64,000 bases of DNA from positions 41,609 through 105,608 of the forward strand of contig CAWJQC010000004.1 of assembly GCA_963844965.1 (NCBI GenBank), given 5' to 3'. The notes under the pieces were generated by a model that was not told the origin of the DNA, made no database searches, and saw only the letters and a list, made by a program, of their open reading frames with translations. Numbering within the stretch: the stretch's first letter is position 1; every line of letters begins with the position of its first letter. This DNA comes from an uncultured bacterium. Lineage in GTDB: Bacteria > Patescibacteriota > Minisyncoccia > UBA6257 > 2-01-FULL-56-20. Of this stretch, positions 44,830 to 53,623 are shown piece after piece. The position numbers and the translations under genes were made by a program.

Positions 44830-45240
44830 TCATTTCGGCCGCTTTACACCGTATTTACTGCGCTGCTGTTTCCTGTTATCCACTCCGGTCGTGTCCAAAA
44901 TTCCGCGGATAACGTGGTAGCGCACGCCCGGCAAGTCCTTCACGCGGCCGCCGCGCACGAGAACGATGGAGTGCTCCTGCAGGGTGTGGCCTTCGCCGGG
45001 AATATAAGCCGTGATTTCCATGCCGTTCGTGAGACGGACGCGCGCGACTTTGCGCAGAGCCGAGTTCGGTTTCTTCGGCGTTGTCGTGAAAACCTTGAGG
45101 CAAACGCCGCGCTTGAACGGTGAGCCGGAATCCACCGGCCGATTCTTCAGCGTGTTGAAATAATAAGACAGCGCCGGCGCCTTGGTCTTTGCTTTAAGCG
45201 GCTTCCTTCCTTTTTTAATTAGTTGACGGATTGTCGGCAT
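44830..45240 (-). CDS. rpsL: 30S ribosomal protein S12
   Basis: [12 protein letters not shown]...[22 protein letters not shown]...[15 protein letters not shown]. Confidence 0.95.
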   Translation of the reverse strand: MPTIRQLIKKGRKPLKAKTKAPALSYYFNTLKNRPVDSGSPFKRGVCLKVFTTTPKKPNSALRKVARVRLTNGMEITAYIPGEGHTLQEHSIVLVRGGRVKDLPGVRYHVIRGILDTTGVDNRKQQRSKYGVKRPK

Positions 45241-45410
45241 CCTTAGATAATCTCCAATTTACAATACCCAATTTCCAACTAAATTTCCAGATTAACAAAA
45301 TTAGCAGCCAGCCACAGCCGCTACATTAGGAAAGTGTACAGTAAACGGCGGCCAGTGTCAAACCCACCACGCTTACCCACCGCGCCTAAGAGAGATAAAA
45401 AAAAGCCGCT

Positions 45411-46121
45411 TCAAAATCCGAAAGACTGCCCCGTGATGAGCGTGAAAAGAAACTGAATGATGGGCGCTATGAGCTGAAATCCGAAGAATACGAAAATGAG
45501 AACGAGAATCATGCCGTAGCGCTCCAGGAAATATGCCGCGCGGTAGCTCGCTTCGGTTTTCGGCAAAACGGCGAATAAAACCTTGGAGCCGTCAAGCGGC
45601 GGAATGGGAACAAGGTTGAATACGGCGAGCAGAATGTTAATAAGAGTTATCACAAAAAAAGCATATAAAATCATAGCAACTGGCGAAGTTAGTAAAGTTA
45701 AAACTAGGTCCGTTCTGCCAGAAAGCACGGCTATAGCCATATTATTTCGCAACATTTCGGATACTGGCAAAAACCGACTAGCAATTCCAAAAAAAATTGC
45801 TATTAACAAGTTTGAAGCTGGCCCAGCAACGGCGATTTTTCCAGCTCCAGAAAGAGGATCGCGCAGATTATTCGGGTTGTATGGCACGGGCTTCGCCCAA
45901 CCGAAGACCATGCTGCCTCCGGTCAAAAAATAAAGAGAAACCGGCAGCAGAAACGAGCCGAAGAAATCCAGATGTTTTATGGGATTCAAAGTCAGCCGCC
46001 CGGCGAGCCGCGCCGTGGGGTCGCCCAAGTGCTCGGCGACGACGCCGTGCGAAACCTCGTGGATTACGGCGGACATTATGAGTATCGCGAGCCAAAATAA
46101 AAAAGCGATTGTGGATGTCAT
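45411..46121 (-). CDS. site-2 protease family (M50) zinc metalloprotease
   Basis: HEVSHGVVAEHLGD (HExxH within a TM helix), NPIKHLD, and polytopic. The start is taken at the internal MTSTIAFLF. Confidence 0.75.
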   Translation of the reverse strand: MTSTIAFLFWLAILIMSAVIHEVSHGVVAEHLGDPTARLAGRLTLNPIKHLDFFGSFLLPVSLYFLTGGSMVFGWAKPVPYNPNNLRDPLSGAGKIAVAGPASNLLIAIFFGIASRFLPVSEMLRNNMAIAVLSGRTDLVLTLLTSPVAMILYAFFVITLINILLAVFNLVPIPPLDGSKVLFAVLPKTEASYRAAYFLERYGMILVLIFVFFGFQLIAPIIQFLFTLITGQSFGF

Positions 46122-46221
46122 ATCAACAATAATATCCGAAAACCGCGGTCTTTGCCAATTAAGAAAAAACAAATTAAAATGAGCATGTCGCCCTCGTGGT
46201 GAAACTTGCCCTCCCACCTTT

Positions 46222-46294
46222 GTCCCTGTAGCTCAACGGATAGAGCGTGTGGCTTCGAACCACAAGGTTGCAGGTTCAAATCCTGCCAGGGACG
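46222..46294 (+). tRNA. tRNA-Arg (anticodon TCG)
   Basis: GTCCCTGTAGCTCAACGGATAGAGCGTGTGGCTTCGAACCACAAGGTTGCAGGTTCAAATCCTGCCAGGGACG, with loop CTTCGAA. It is bracketed by the perfect inverted repeat CCCTCCCACCTTTG / CAAAGGTGGGAGGG. Confidence 0.9.
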
Positions 46295-46321
46295 CAAAGG
46301 TGGGAGGGTGAAGATATCATA

Positions 46322-46367
46322 TGTGGCTTCGAACCACAGGTTCCAGGTTCGAGTCCTGGCGAGGGCA
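46322..46367 (+). pseudogene. 3' fragment of a different tRNA-Arg(TCG) (anticodon arm to acceptor 3' strand)
   Basis: TGTGGCTTCGAACCACA is identical to the anticodon arm of the neighbouring gene. It is followed by a different T-arm (CCAGGTTCGAGTCCTGG) and acceptor strand (CGAGGGC). There is no 5' acceptor or D-arm. Confidence 0.7.
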
Positions 46368-46464
46368 CACACAACATTTCGTATCGCGGCATCGTGGGGG
46401 CCGACGCTCTAGCGCGACCCCGAGAGGCCTACCGATACGGAATATCGTCCTCCTTATTTCTCTA

Positions 46465-46832
46465 TTAAGAGCCGGCAAAAATACTTTTGATAAGGCTTGT
46501 AATGCCGCCTGCTATCAGCACGATCACAAAACCGACTGCCGCATACGTAAGGGTCTTCTTCCCTTTCGAAAATTTTTCAGGATCGCCAGCCGCCGTCATC
46601 ATTTGAAACCCGCCGACAAGCACCATTATACTTGTGAGCGGCGCTGCAATATCGTAAAAAAGAAATCCCGCCACACTATTCGCGACGGACACCAAGCTGC
46701 CCCCCCATTCGTACAATTTGGATCGAACGGATTAAAAAGTTGGTTGGGAGGGCACGCGGCAAAAGCTAACTTCGCGACGGTTAAGGCGCTGACTGTTATT
46801 AAAATCTTTGTTGTGCGGCGGATAATATGCAT
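46465..46832 (-). CDS. small two-TM pilin-like protein (TrbC/VirB2-like T4SS-pilin type seen in CPR), frameshifted in a C7/G7 run at ~46697-46705
   Basis: A signal-like N-terminus (MHIIRRTTKILITVSALTVAKLAFA) is in one frame. SLVSVANSVAGFLFYDIAAPLTSIMVLVGGFQMMTAAGDPEKFSKGKKTLTYAAVGFVIVLIAGGI is in the next. The family assignment is from memory of the pattern. Confidence 0.45.
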
Positions 46833-46883
46833 ATGGATTATTATAGCATACGAGATAGCGTGGCAGAAGCCCATTTTGTTTAG

Positions 46884-48221
46884 CTATTTCTGCAAGCTCA
46901 GAATTTTATTCCTGAACGTCAACTTACTCTTGAAGCAAGATAGCAATTCGCGTTTCTCGACCGTGCTGCCCTTTTTGAGAAGATATTTTGCGTACGTTTT
47001 AAGGTCAATTTCTTTAGTGGCCGCTTTCGATCCTTCTCCCAAGACATCGTTCGCGAATTTGCGATATCGTTCCATCTCGTCTTCGAATTTCTTCTGCATC
47101 CCAATCTCACTGATATCCATCTCGTCAATGATAGCGAGAAGTTGAGCGATCAATTCCTCTTCGCGAATGTATCCGCACTTGCAATCCTTATCTTTCGAGC
47201 GTGAGCATCCATAGTACACGTACCGCGCCGTCGTTCCATCCTTGTGCGCCTTATATTTCTCGCACGCACTGATGCCCGATCCGCATAGGCCGCACGAGAT
47301 CAGTTTCGTAAACGAAAATTCCTTTATCTCCGACCTGATGACAAAATCTCGGTGCAGCTGCTCCTGTACTTTATCGAACAGCTCCCGCGAAATGATTGCT
47401 TCGTGCTTGCCGCTGTACCAGTTACCGCTCTTCAGTGGATACTCAAAGATGCCGCAGTAAAATGGATTTTTGAGGATGATATAAATATTGGATAACGAAA
47501 GCACTTTCCCATTCTTTGTTCTGAATTTGATTTCCGACTTCAGCCAATGATAAAGCTTCCGGCCCGACCATTGTTCGTCGGCGACTTTCTGGAGCATTTG
47601 CTTGATGACGGGCGCTCGCAGGGGATCAATGATAACTTCACAAGGACGGTCGGTGCTCTTCTCGTTAAGATACCCTGTCGGTGCGATAGACGGACGCAAA
47701 CCTTGTTCGCACCGCATCCGTAATCCGCGCTTCACGTTTTCCGATTTGTTATCATTCTCAAGTTTCGCTTGGCTGCACAAAATCATCAACATGAATTTCT
47801 CGCTCGGCGAGTTCGTGAATTTCTGGCTGAAGGTTCTGATCTCGATAAGTAATTTTTGATCCATCAAGTCCACCAAGCCGCCAAGGTCGCCCGCGTTGCG
47901 GCTCAAGCGATCCGGCGCCCATGTAAGGATACCGTTGAATTCGCCGGAACGAATATCAATAAGCAACTCGTTAAAAATTTTTCGCTGGCCGACAGCTTTT
48001 GCGGAATGGCTTTCCTTTCTAACTTCGGCGATCTCAAGGTTATCGCGCTCGGCGATTTTCAGCATCTCCTTTATCTGACTATCAATGGAAAGCACTTGCT
48101 GTTCCTCGCTCTCCGTACTTTTCCTCGCATAGAGGCAGTATTTTATTTTTATCGCTTCGGCCTTTGTCGCAGAAACGCCCGACTGATCCCAGCCCTTTGG
48201 TATATTTGTTATTTTCTCCAT
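46884..48221 (-). CDS. large serine recombinase (resolvase domain, recombinase domain, zinc ribbon)
   Basis: YCLYARKSTESEEQQVLSIDSQ (catalytic Ser region), LTWAPDRLSRN, later CGLCGSGISAC...YYGCSR. About 445 aa from MEKITNIPKGW. Confidence 0.85.
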   Translation of the reverse strand: MEKITNIPKGWDQSGVSATKAEAIKIKYCLYARKSTESEEQQVLSIDSQIKEMLKIAERDNLEIAEVRKESHSAKAVGQRKIFNELLIDIRSGEFNGILTWAPDRLSRNAGDLGGLVDLMDQKLLIEIRTFSQKFTNSPSEKFMLMILCSQAKLENDNKSENVKRGLRMRCEQGLRPSIAPTGYLNEKSTDRPCEVIIDPLRAPVIKQMLQKVADEQWSGRKLYHWLKSEIKFRTKNGKVLSLSNIYIILKNPFYCGIFEYPLKSGNWYSGKHEAIISRELFDKVQEQLHRDFVIRSEIKEFSFTKLISCGLCGSGISACEKYKAHKDGTTARYVYYGCSRSKDKDCKCGYIREEELIAQLLAIIDEMDISEIGMQKKFEDEMERYRKFANDVLGEGSKAATKEIDLKTYAKYLLKKGSTVEKRELLSCFKSKLTFRNKILSLQK

Positions 48222-48377
48222 ACCTAAGGGATGCCGCAACGGCGGAAGGAGTCCAGAGCATCCTTGTCGGTAACTCAAAACTCGATATCAGGCGACGAAG
48301 GGGCAAAGAAGGCAAGCAGAGTGATTTCCCCAGCCACCCTCTTTAAGACCATTTATAAACGAGCTATAATAATTCTA

Positions 48378-49918
48378 ATGTTCAGTACCAATGCGCGACG
48401 GGTAATGTGTGTCGTTGCAGGTTTGATTTTGACTTCGCTCGCTTGGATCGGATGCGCGAATTATTTCAACTGGTACGCCGACACAATCGGTCCCGTGGCC
48501 TGGTTTGGCACCCTGTTCCTATTTGCCGCAGCAGGAGTCGGCGCCGGTCTGCTCTTCGAAAAATCGACCAGGGCTCATTATCAGTCTGCAATGACGGCAA
48601 ATCCCCAACTTAAGGAACGAATGGAAACTACTCTCGGAAGGCGCCTCAAGTTTGGCTACGTGCTTGCCGGGCTTTATGTCGCCTATAGGCTTTTCGGATA
48701 TTATCTGTTTTTTGTTCTCGGCTTCTCTTTATCTCCAGCGGCCCATCTTCAACTGATTCTTTCGGCGGTCGTTGAGGCGGTTGTCGCCTTAGTGTGTTTG
48801 TTGCTTTATTGGGAGCGCGGAGAAGATGCCAGTACGGCGAATATAAAAAAGCATTTGCTTGTCTATGTTATTTTCTTCTTCGTTCTCGCAGTGGTTGACG
48901 GTGTCGCACTGCTTGTCTTGAAGCCCGCTTCGGCGGTAGTTCAAACACCCGCAACTCTCGAATCCGCGCTCGAAGCATTTTCCGCCGAGGAATTTTCCGG
49001 GGCAGCAGCAAAAGGGGCGCAAGCGCTACAAGTAAAAGATATGGTCGGGATAGCTTCGGCGCTCCAGAAGATCAATGCTCATTTTAACCAATCATTAACC
49101 AGCGCGGATCTTTATGACATGCGGTACACCATTAATTGGGGCTTGAATGAAGCAATTGCATATTACCAATTCGAGGCCGACGATCAATCCATTTACGCTC
49201 TTCAGCTTACCGAAAATCTTGCGACCAGCAATATTGCCGAGAGTTATTATTCGTTTCCGGCAGGTAGCACCTCCGCTCTAACCGGACAGAGGTATCTCTT
49301 CGTGGCAAACGGATTCAAACGCGGCCGAAACTTTGTTCCTTGATACTGCAGGTGCTTATCTCAACCTACCTATGCAATCTCCGATTATGAACGAAGACCT
49401 TTATTATCCTTTAACGGCATCTGCTCCTTCGTGGACAGTGTCCGTCCTCTTTACGAGCACTACGGAGGAGGGACAACAGCAAGTTCACGCTCTATAATAC
49501 CTTTGACGCGAATACCGAGCGGGTGACGACGAGTACTTACGTTCCCTCCGGAAACTATTTGCCCTTGTCACCACAATCGCCATCCGTGTCGATGAACGTT
49601 GCTCCGCCTCCCTCAAATTCCTCCCTGAAAATAATTTCTCCTGCCAACGGACAGAAATTGAAGCAGGGGTCAACATACACGATTAGCTGGCAGTCGTCTG
49701 GTGATTTCAATTTTGTCGTCGGGAATATCGTCGCTCCCGTTCCGGGCGAAGGGGGTGTAGGAATATTCCAAGCCCCCGCGACTTCAAGCCGCTATAGCTG
49801 GACCGTGCCGACCGGCTTCCCACCTGGGATGTATAAACTGGGGCTTGCGGGCAGCGATCAAGATTTTGTGAATCATAATTTTGCCTCGTCCAGTGTTTCA
49901 ATCTACATCATTCCGTAG
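48378..49918 (+). CDS. membrane-anchored surface protein, probably one ~510-aa gene broken by two frameshifts (~49320-49345 and ~49480-49495)
   Basis: TM-rich N-terminal ORF (48378..49343), then the open frame ..SNAAETLFLDTAGAYLNLPMQSP..TSTTEEGQQQ, then KFTLYNTFDANTERVTTSTYVP... to 49918. The end carries an Ig-like YTISWQSSG motif. Confidence 0.4.
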
Positions 49919-49930
49919 TAAAACTTATTT

Positions 49931-50378
49931 AAGATGAGACGCGGCCTTGGGACACCCTTTTAGTGCCTCATTTGTCTCATTTGCATAAAAAAGCCTTATT
50001 TTATGGGCATCGATTTTTCGGAATGAGACACTGCTTTGTATAAATCGGACACGTCCAGAATGGCATTTCTGTGTCCGATTTGTCCGATTTGCCTCCAAAA
50101 TGTTACACACCACAAAGTGCAAAAGTTGTGTAACATTTGTAACATTTTGAGGAAAAGCGGGGGGTTGGAACATGGGAATGGGACACGAAAAATCGACCTC
50201 TTGTGTCCCATTTGTTCCATTTTGTAGAAATGAGCCCTGCTGCGTTACGTTTGCCGCGTTACATTCCGAACGCTCAGAAATCTTTGATTTATCTACCTAA
50301 CAGGACAGCTCCCCAAAAAAGTGCCGCCCTCTCAACTTTTCACATCGCGTTACATTTGTTACATGTTACATTTGATCC
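49931..50378. repeat. array of related hairpin / direct-doublet units with a covarying central triplet (GTGT-NNN-ATTTGT-NNN-ATTT(T)G)
   Basis: Units: AAATCGGACAC-18nt-GTGTCCGATTTGTCCGATTTG (50042-50091); AAAATGTTACAC-19nt-GTGTAACATTTGTAACATTTTG (50097-50149); AATGGGACAC-16nt-GTGTCCCATTTGTTCCATTTTG (50176-50224). CTC and TAC variants sit at 49963-50031 and 50242-50378. Confidence 0.7.
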
Positions 50379-50580
50379 CTCCGAAAACCGCGACCGTGAG
50401 CCTTCCAAGGGAAATTTGGGGTCGTCCTCAAAAACCCTTATACTGATTGCACAGGGAAAGTCCGCATCCGCGAGGGGGCACAACAAAACTATATCTTTTT
50501 AGTTACCGCACGGTTGTCGTCGAGACGCGTGAAAAACAAAAAAGGAGCTTGCAGAGCTCCTCTATCTAACTCAACCTAAC

Positions 50581-51300
50581 TCAACGGGATGCGGCGGAAA
50601 CATGGGACAGCACGTCCGCAATGGCGTTCACGAGAACTCTTAATCCGTCTCTCCGGTAGAAAATTTCCTCACCGTCTGCCGGTCCGAAGCGATCAATGTG
50701 GCGGTGAGATTTTTTCCTTATGAAACGACTGTTCGAAAGAGCGTGTAAGTTTACCCTTATGTTCTCAATCATTTTCTCGTGATAAGGGTTCTCCCTGCCA
50801 TGCCATTGCTCACAAAGGGCAATCTCGCCTTCGGCGGTCGTAAAAAACAACGACCGAAGGAAGTAATTAAAGTGACGCTCAACGGCAGTCTCAACCAATC
50901 TTTGCAACTCCGGCCCGCTTTTCGCGCTTCCCAAGACCGGTATCGCCGAGATATCGTTACCATACTTCTTTTTGGCCAAGTGGTCCCAGGCATAACCAAG
51001 AGCGATGAGCCAACGTTTGCCGTGGACGGTGGCAAGGAACACGTCGCCGTACTTCATATATAACCTTTCCGAATTATTGCCGTTGACGGCATGGTCGTCA
51101 ACGATCGCGTAGACAGATGACGGAATGGGCAACTCGATTTTCCTACGGGGACGCAATCTATAATCATCCCAAAGTCCGTGAAATACCCCGTAGGTAAGTT
51201 CCTCAGGCGTAATCAACCGCCTGAACGGATGGACAATAGAACGAAGAGCACCGTGCTTTCCTTCCAGCACTTCCTTCAGGCGTTTTCTAAAAATTTTCAT
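50581..51300 (-). CDS. hypothetical protein
   Basis: A ~239 aa ORF from MKIFRKRLKEVLEG. No family recognised. Confidence 0.45.
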   Translation of the reverse strand: MKIFRKRLKEVLEGKHGALRSIVHPFRRLITPEELTYGVFHGLWDDYRLRPRRKIELPIPSSVYAIVDDHAVNGNNSERLYMKYGDVFLATVHGKRWLIALGYAWDHLAKKKYGNDISAIPVLGSAKSGPELQRLVETAVERHFNYFLRSLFFTTAEGEIALCEQWHGRENPYHEKMIENIRVNLHALSNSRFIRKKSHRHIDRFGPADGEEIFYRRDGLRVLVNAIADVLSHVSAASR

Positions 51301-51628
51301 CCGACCCCCAATCAAAAGATTTTCACTCAAACAACTGCAAGCAGTATAACGAAATTTTTTGAATTTGGCAAATTTGATATTTTTCGCCGCAGAAGCCAAC
51401 GCCACTTCTCGGCCATAAAAATATCCGCAAACGGCAACCGTTTGCGGATTTCAACTTATCGCGACGCACTCTCAACGCACCTCACGCACAAAACACGCAC
51501 CTGCCGCCAAGGAATCTCGCCCTCAGCGGCGAGAAGAAAATCTCCGGCCAATATAAAGCCCATGGATTCAAGAATTCGCGCGCGGCATTTGCAACAATTC
51601 ACTTTCACGCCGACCTTCCTTAGAATTT

Positions 51629-52648
51629 TCAATCGCGCCTCTTCAAAACAGGCGGCTGCTCCTCGCCCTTATTACCTTTATTCTCGCCGCCCTGCTGTGT
51701 CTGGTCGGTCGGCTCGCGCTTCTTAAGCGTCGGCTTTCCTTCGGTTACTTTCCTTCTGCTCGTCACAATTTGCAGCCGATCTTTCACGTCATCAAACTCG
51801 GATGTAGACACGAGATACTGGTCCTTTTTCGGAAGAATTTCCTTAATCTCCTTCTCTATTTTTATAATCCTGTCACCAGTTGGCGGATGGTCGGCAAAAA
51901 CGTTTGGCACGCTTCCGGGTATTCGCCTTTCTTCTTCAATAACCTTGGAAAACATACCTACGTAGGACTCCGGGTCGTAGCCCGCCTTATACATGTACTG
52001 CAATCCCAGATAGTCCGCCTCGGCCTCGTCGTTGCGGCTGAATTTTAAAAACGCAATAGGTATGCCAAAGTTCATGGCCTCCATAGTCGCAATGTAAACA
52101 GGATAAGACATGGGTACGAAGATAAGAGGAATTGTGGCGTATTGGAGGAGCGTGGCTTTTGTCATCTGCGACGCCCAATGCCGGCACGCAACGTGCGCAA
52201 TCTCGTGCGCCATCACTCCGGCAACCTGACTTTCTCCATCGGCAACAAGAAGCAGGCCAGAATTAATATACAAGAACCCGCCAGGGAGAGCGAAGGCGTT
52301 GATTCCGGGCGCATCTATAACTTTCACCGTAAGAGGAACTTTCAGGTCCGAATTCCGCGCAATGTTCTGAGCGACGCGGTTGACATACTCGCCCACCACA
52401 GGGTCGGTCAAAAGTTTCGCCGATTTCTCAACTTCGGTGGAGTATTGTTTCCCGATGGCAATCTCTTTTTCAATGGAAATTATTGACTTGTGCGCGACCT
52501 TGCGGTTGCCGATTTCTTCGGGGTTGTCTTTGCTCTTCTGTCCGTCCGCCGAAGCGCCATAAGCCCTGGGAGGGCACGCCATAATGGCCAAAAGGATAGC
52601 AAGAATAATTACAAGAATCAGGTATCGTTTCTTGACCGTACCGCTCAT
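51629..52648 (-). CDS. M48-family zinc metallopeptidase (BepA/Ste24-like), N-terminally anchored
   Basis: GVMAHEIAHVACRH (HExxH) and NDEAEADYLGLQYMYKAGYDP, with an N-terminal TM helix (YLILVIILAILLAIMA). Confidence 0.8.
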   Translation of the reverse strand: MSGTVKKRYLILVIILAILLAIMACPPRAYGASADGQKSKDNPEEIGNRKVAHKSIISIEKEIAIGKQYSTEVEKSAKLLTDPVVGEYVNRVAQNIARNSDLKVPLTVKVIDAPGINAFALPGGFLYINSGLLLVADGESQVAGVMAHEIAHVACRHWASQMTKATLLQYATIPLIFVPMSYPVYIATMEAMNFGIPIAFLKFSRNDEAEADYLGLQYMYKAGYDPESYVGMFSKVIEEERRIPGSVPNVFADHPPTGDRIIKIEKEIKEILPKKDQYLVSTSEFDDVKDRLQIVTSRRKVTEGKPTLKKREPTDQTQQGGENKGNKGEEQPPVLKRRD

Positions 52649-52880
52649 AAGCCACCTCCTTTTCCAGATTCAACCAACTGCTTCCACTCTACCAAAAAGC
52701 GGGAAAAAATCCAGAACCTGTCCAAGTCGTTGCGGAAAGACGTTTTTGGATATAAAATAATAAAACCGGCCGCGAAGCCCGACATAATCAGCGCCATTCG
52801 GCTTAATAAAAATCCGCCCATAGCTCCCACCTTCGCCGAGGCTTCGGCGGGCAAGCAACTGGCCCCGCACCAAAATTTAT

Positions 52881-52953
52881 CCGCGCGTAGCTCAACTGGC
52901 AGAGCAGCTCCCTCTTAAGGAGACGGTTGCAGGTTCGACTCCTGCCGCGCGGA
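52881..52953 (+). tRNA. tRNA-Lys (anticodon CTT)
   Basis: CCGCGCGTAGCTCAACTGGCAGAGCAGCTCCCTCTTAAGGAGACGGTTGCAGGTTCGACTCCTGCCGCGCGGA, with loop CTCTTAA. It is bracketed by the inverted repeat CCCGCACCAAAATTTAT / ATAAATTTGGTGCGGG. Confidence 0.88.
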
Positions 52954-53132
52954 CTGGAAAAATTAAGGATAAATTTGGTGCGGGTTAGACGCCGCAGCTC
53001 TCCTCTTACAACCGCGTAGCGAGGCGAGGATAAAAATCGCCAATTTTTATTTTCGCCGAGCGAGCGGGTGGCGAAACAGGTTTTCGCAGGAAAAGGTTCC
53101 AGGTTCAAGTCCCTGCTTGCCAGCAGGCAGGC

Positions 53133-53182
53133 AGGTGGGCGGACACAGAATCGAGGATCTCCGGCAGCTCACCTCTTTTTTA
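53133..53182 (+). terminator. intrinsic terminator closing the tRNA-Lys transcription unit
   Basis: AGGTGGGCggacacagaatcgaggatctccggcaGCTCACCTCTTTTTTAT. Confidence 0.55.
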
Positions 53183-53252
53183 TTGACAACACACACGTTA
53201 TTTTTTAATCTAAACAGTAGCGTCTGTTAAAAATTAAAAATCGGGAGCGGCA

Positions 53253-53492
53253 ATGTATAGTCTGTTTGGAAGATTCGAGCGGATAGGCGAAGCGAAATAT
53301 TCCGCCGAGGAAATCTGTCTTTTCCGGTTAATCGACCTTCTATTACATCGCGGATGGAGATTCCTGGGATGCCTGTGGAACGGCAAAAAATATAAGATAA
53401 AAATAAAAAATCTCCGCACCGGCAAAAAACGCTCTTTCAAATCAGGACGCCCATATTGGCTCTCAAGCGATGCCGACGGAAATTTATTCTAA
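53253..53492 (+). CDS. hypothetical small basic protein
   Basis: A 79 aa ORF followed by the terminator AACCCCACCgaatgaacaGGTGGGTTTTTGTTTT (53492-53524). No family recognised. Confidence 0.35.
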   Translation: MYSLFGRFERIGEAKYSAEEICLFRLIDLLLHRGWRFLGCLWNGKKYKIKIKNLRTGKKRSFKSGRPYWLSSDADGNLF

Positions 53493-53515
53493 CCCCACCG
53501 AATGAACAGGTGGGT

Positions 53516-53543
53516 TTTTGTTTTGGGGTAAATTTGGTATAAT
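53516..53543 (+). promoter_or_regulatory. extended -10 promoter upstream of recG
   Basis: TGgTATAAT at 53535-53543. The -35 is weak. Confidence 0.45.
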
Positions 53544-53623
53544 ATGTGCGCGATGTGCTTGGCTCATATTGGGAAAACGTGGCGCCGGACACCGAACAAA
53601 TTCCGTTCTATGTATAAATCATT

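Noticed and set aside
49931-50378. The hairpin/doublet array considered as a CRISPR array.
   Set aside because: The repeats are not identical (the central triplet differs in every unit). The spacing is irregular (55-78 bp). The units are inverted-repeat pairs plus short doublets. No cas genes are nearby.
52981-53130. A second tRNA gene downstream of tRNA-Lys.
   Set aside because: The T-loop-like GGTTCAAGTCC has only 3 of 5 pairable stem positions. There is no matching acceptor 5' strand. The only 5-bp stem with a 7-nt loop (GCGAA-ACAGGTT-TTCGC) lacks U33. It is reported only as an unexplained structured region.
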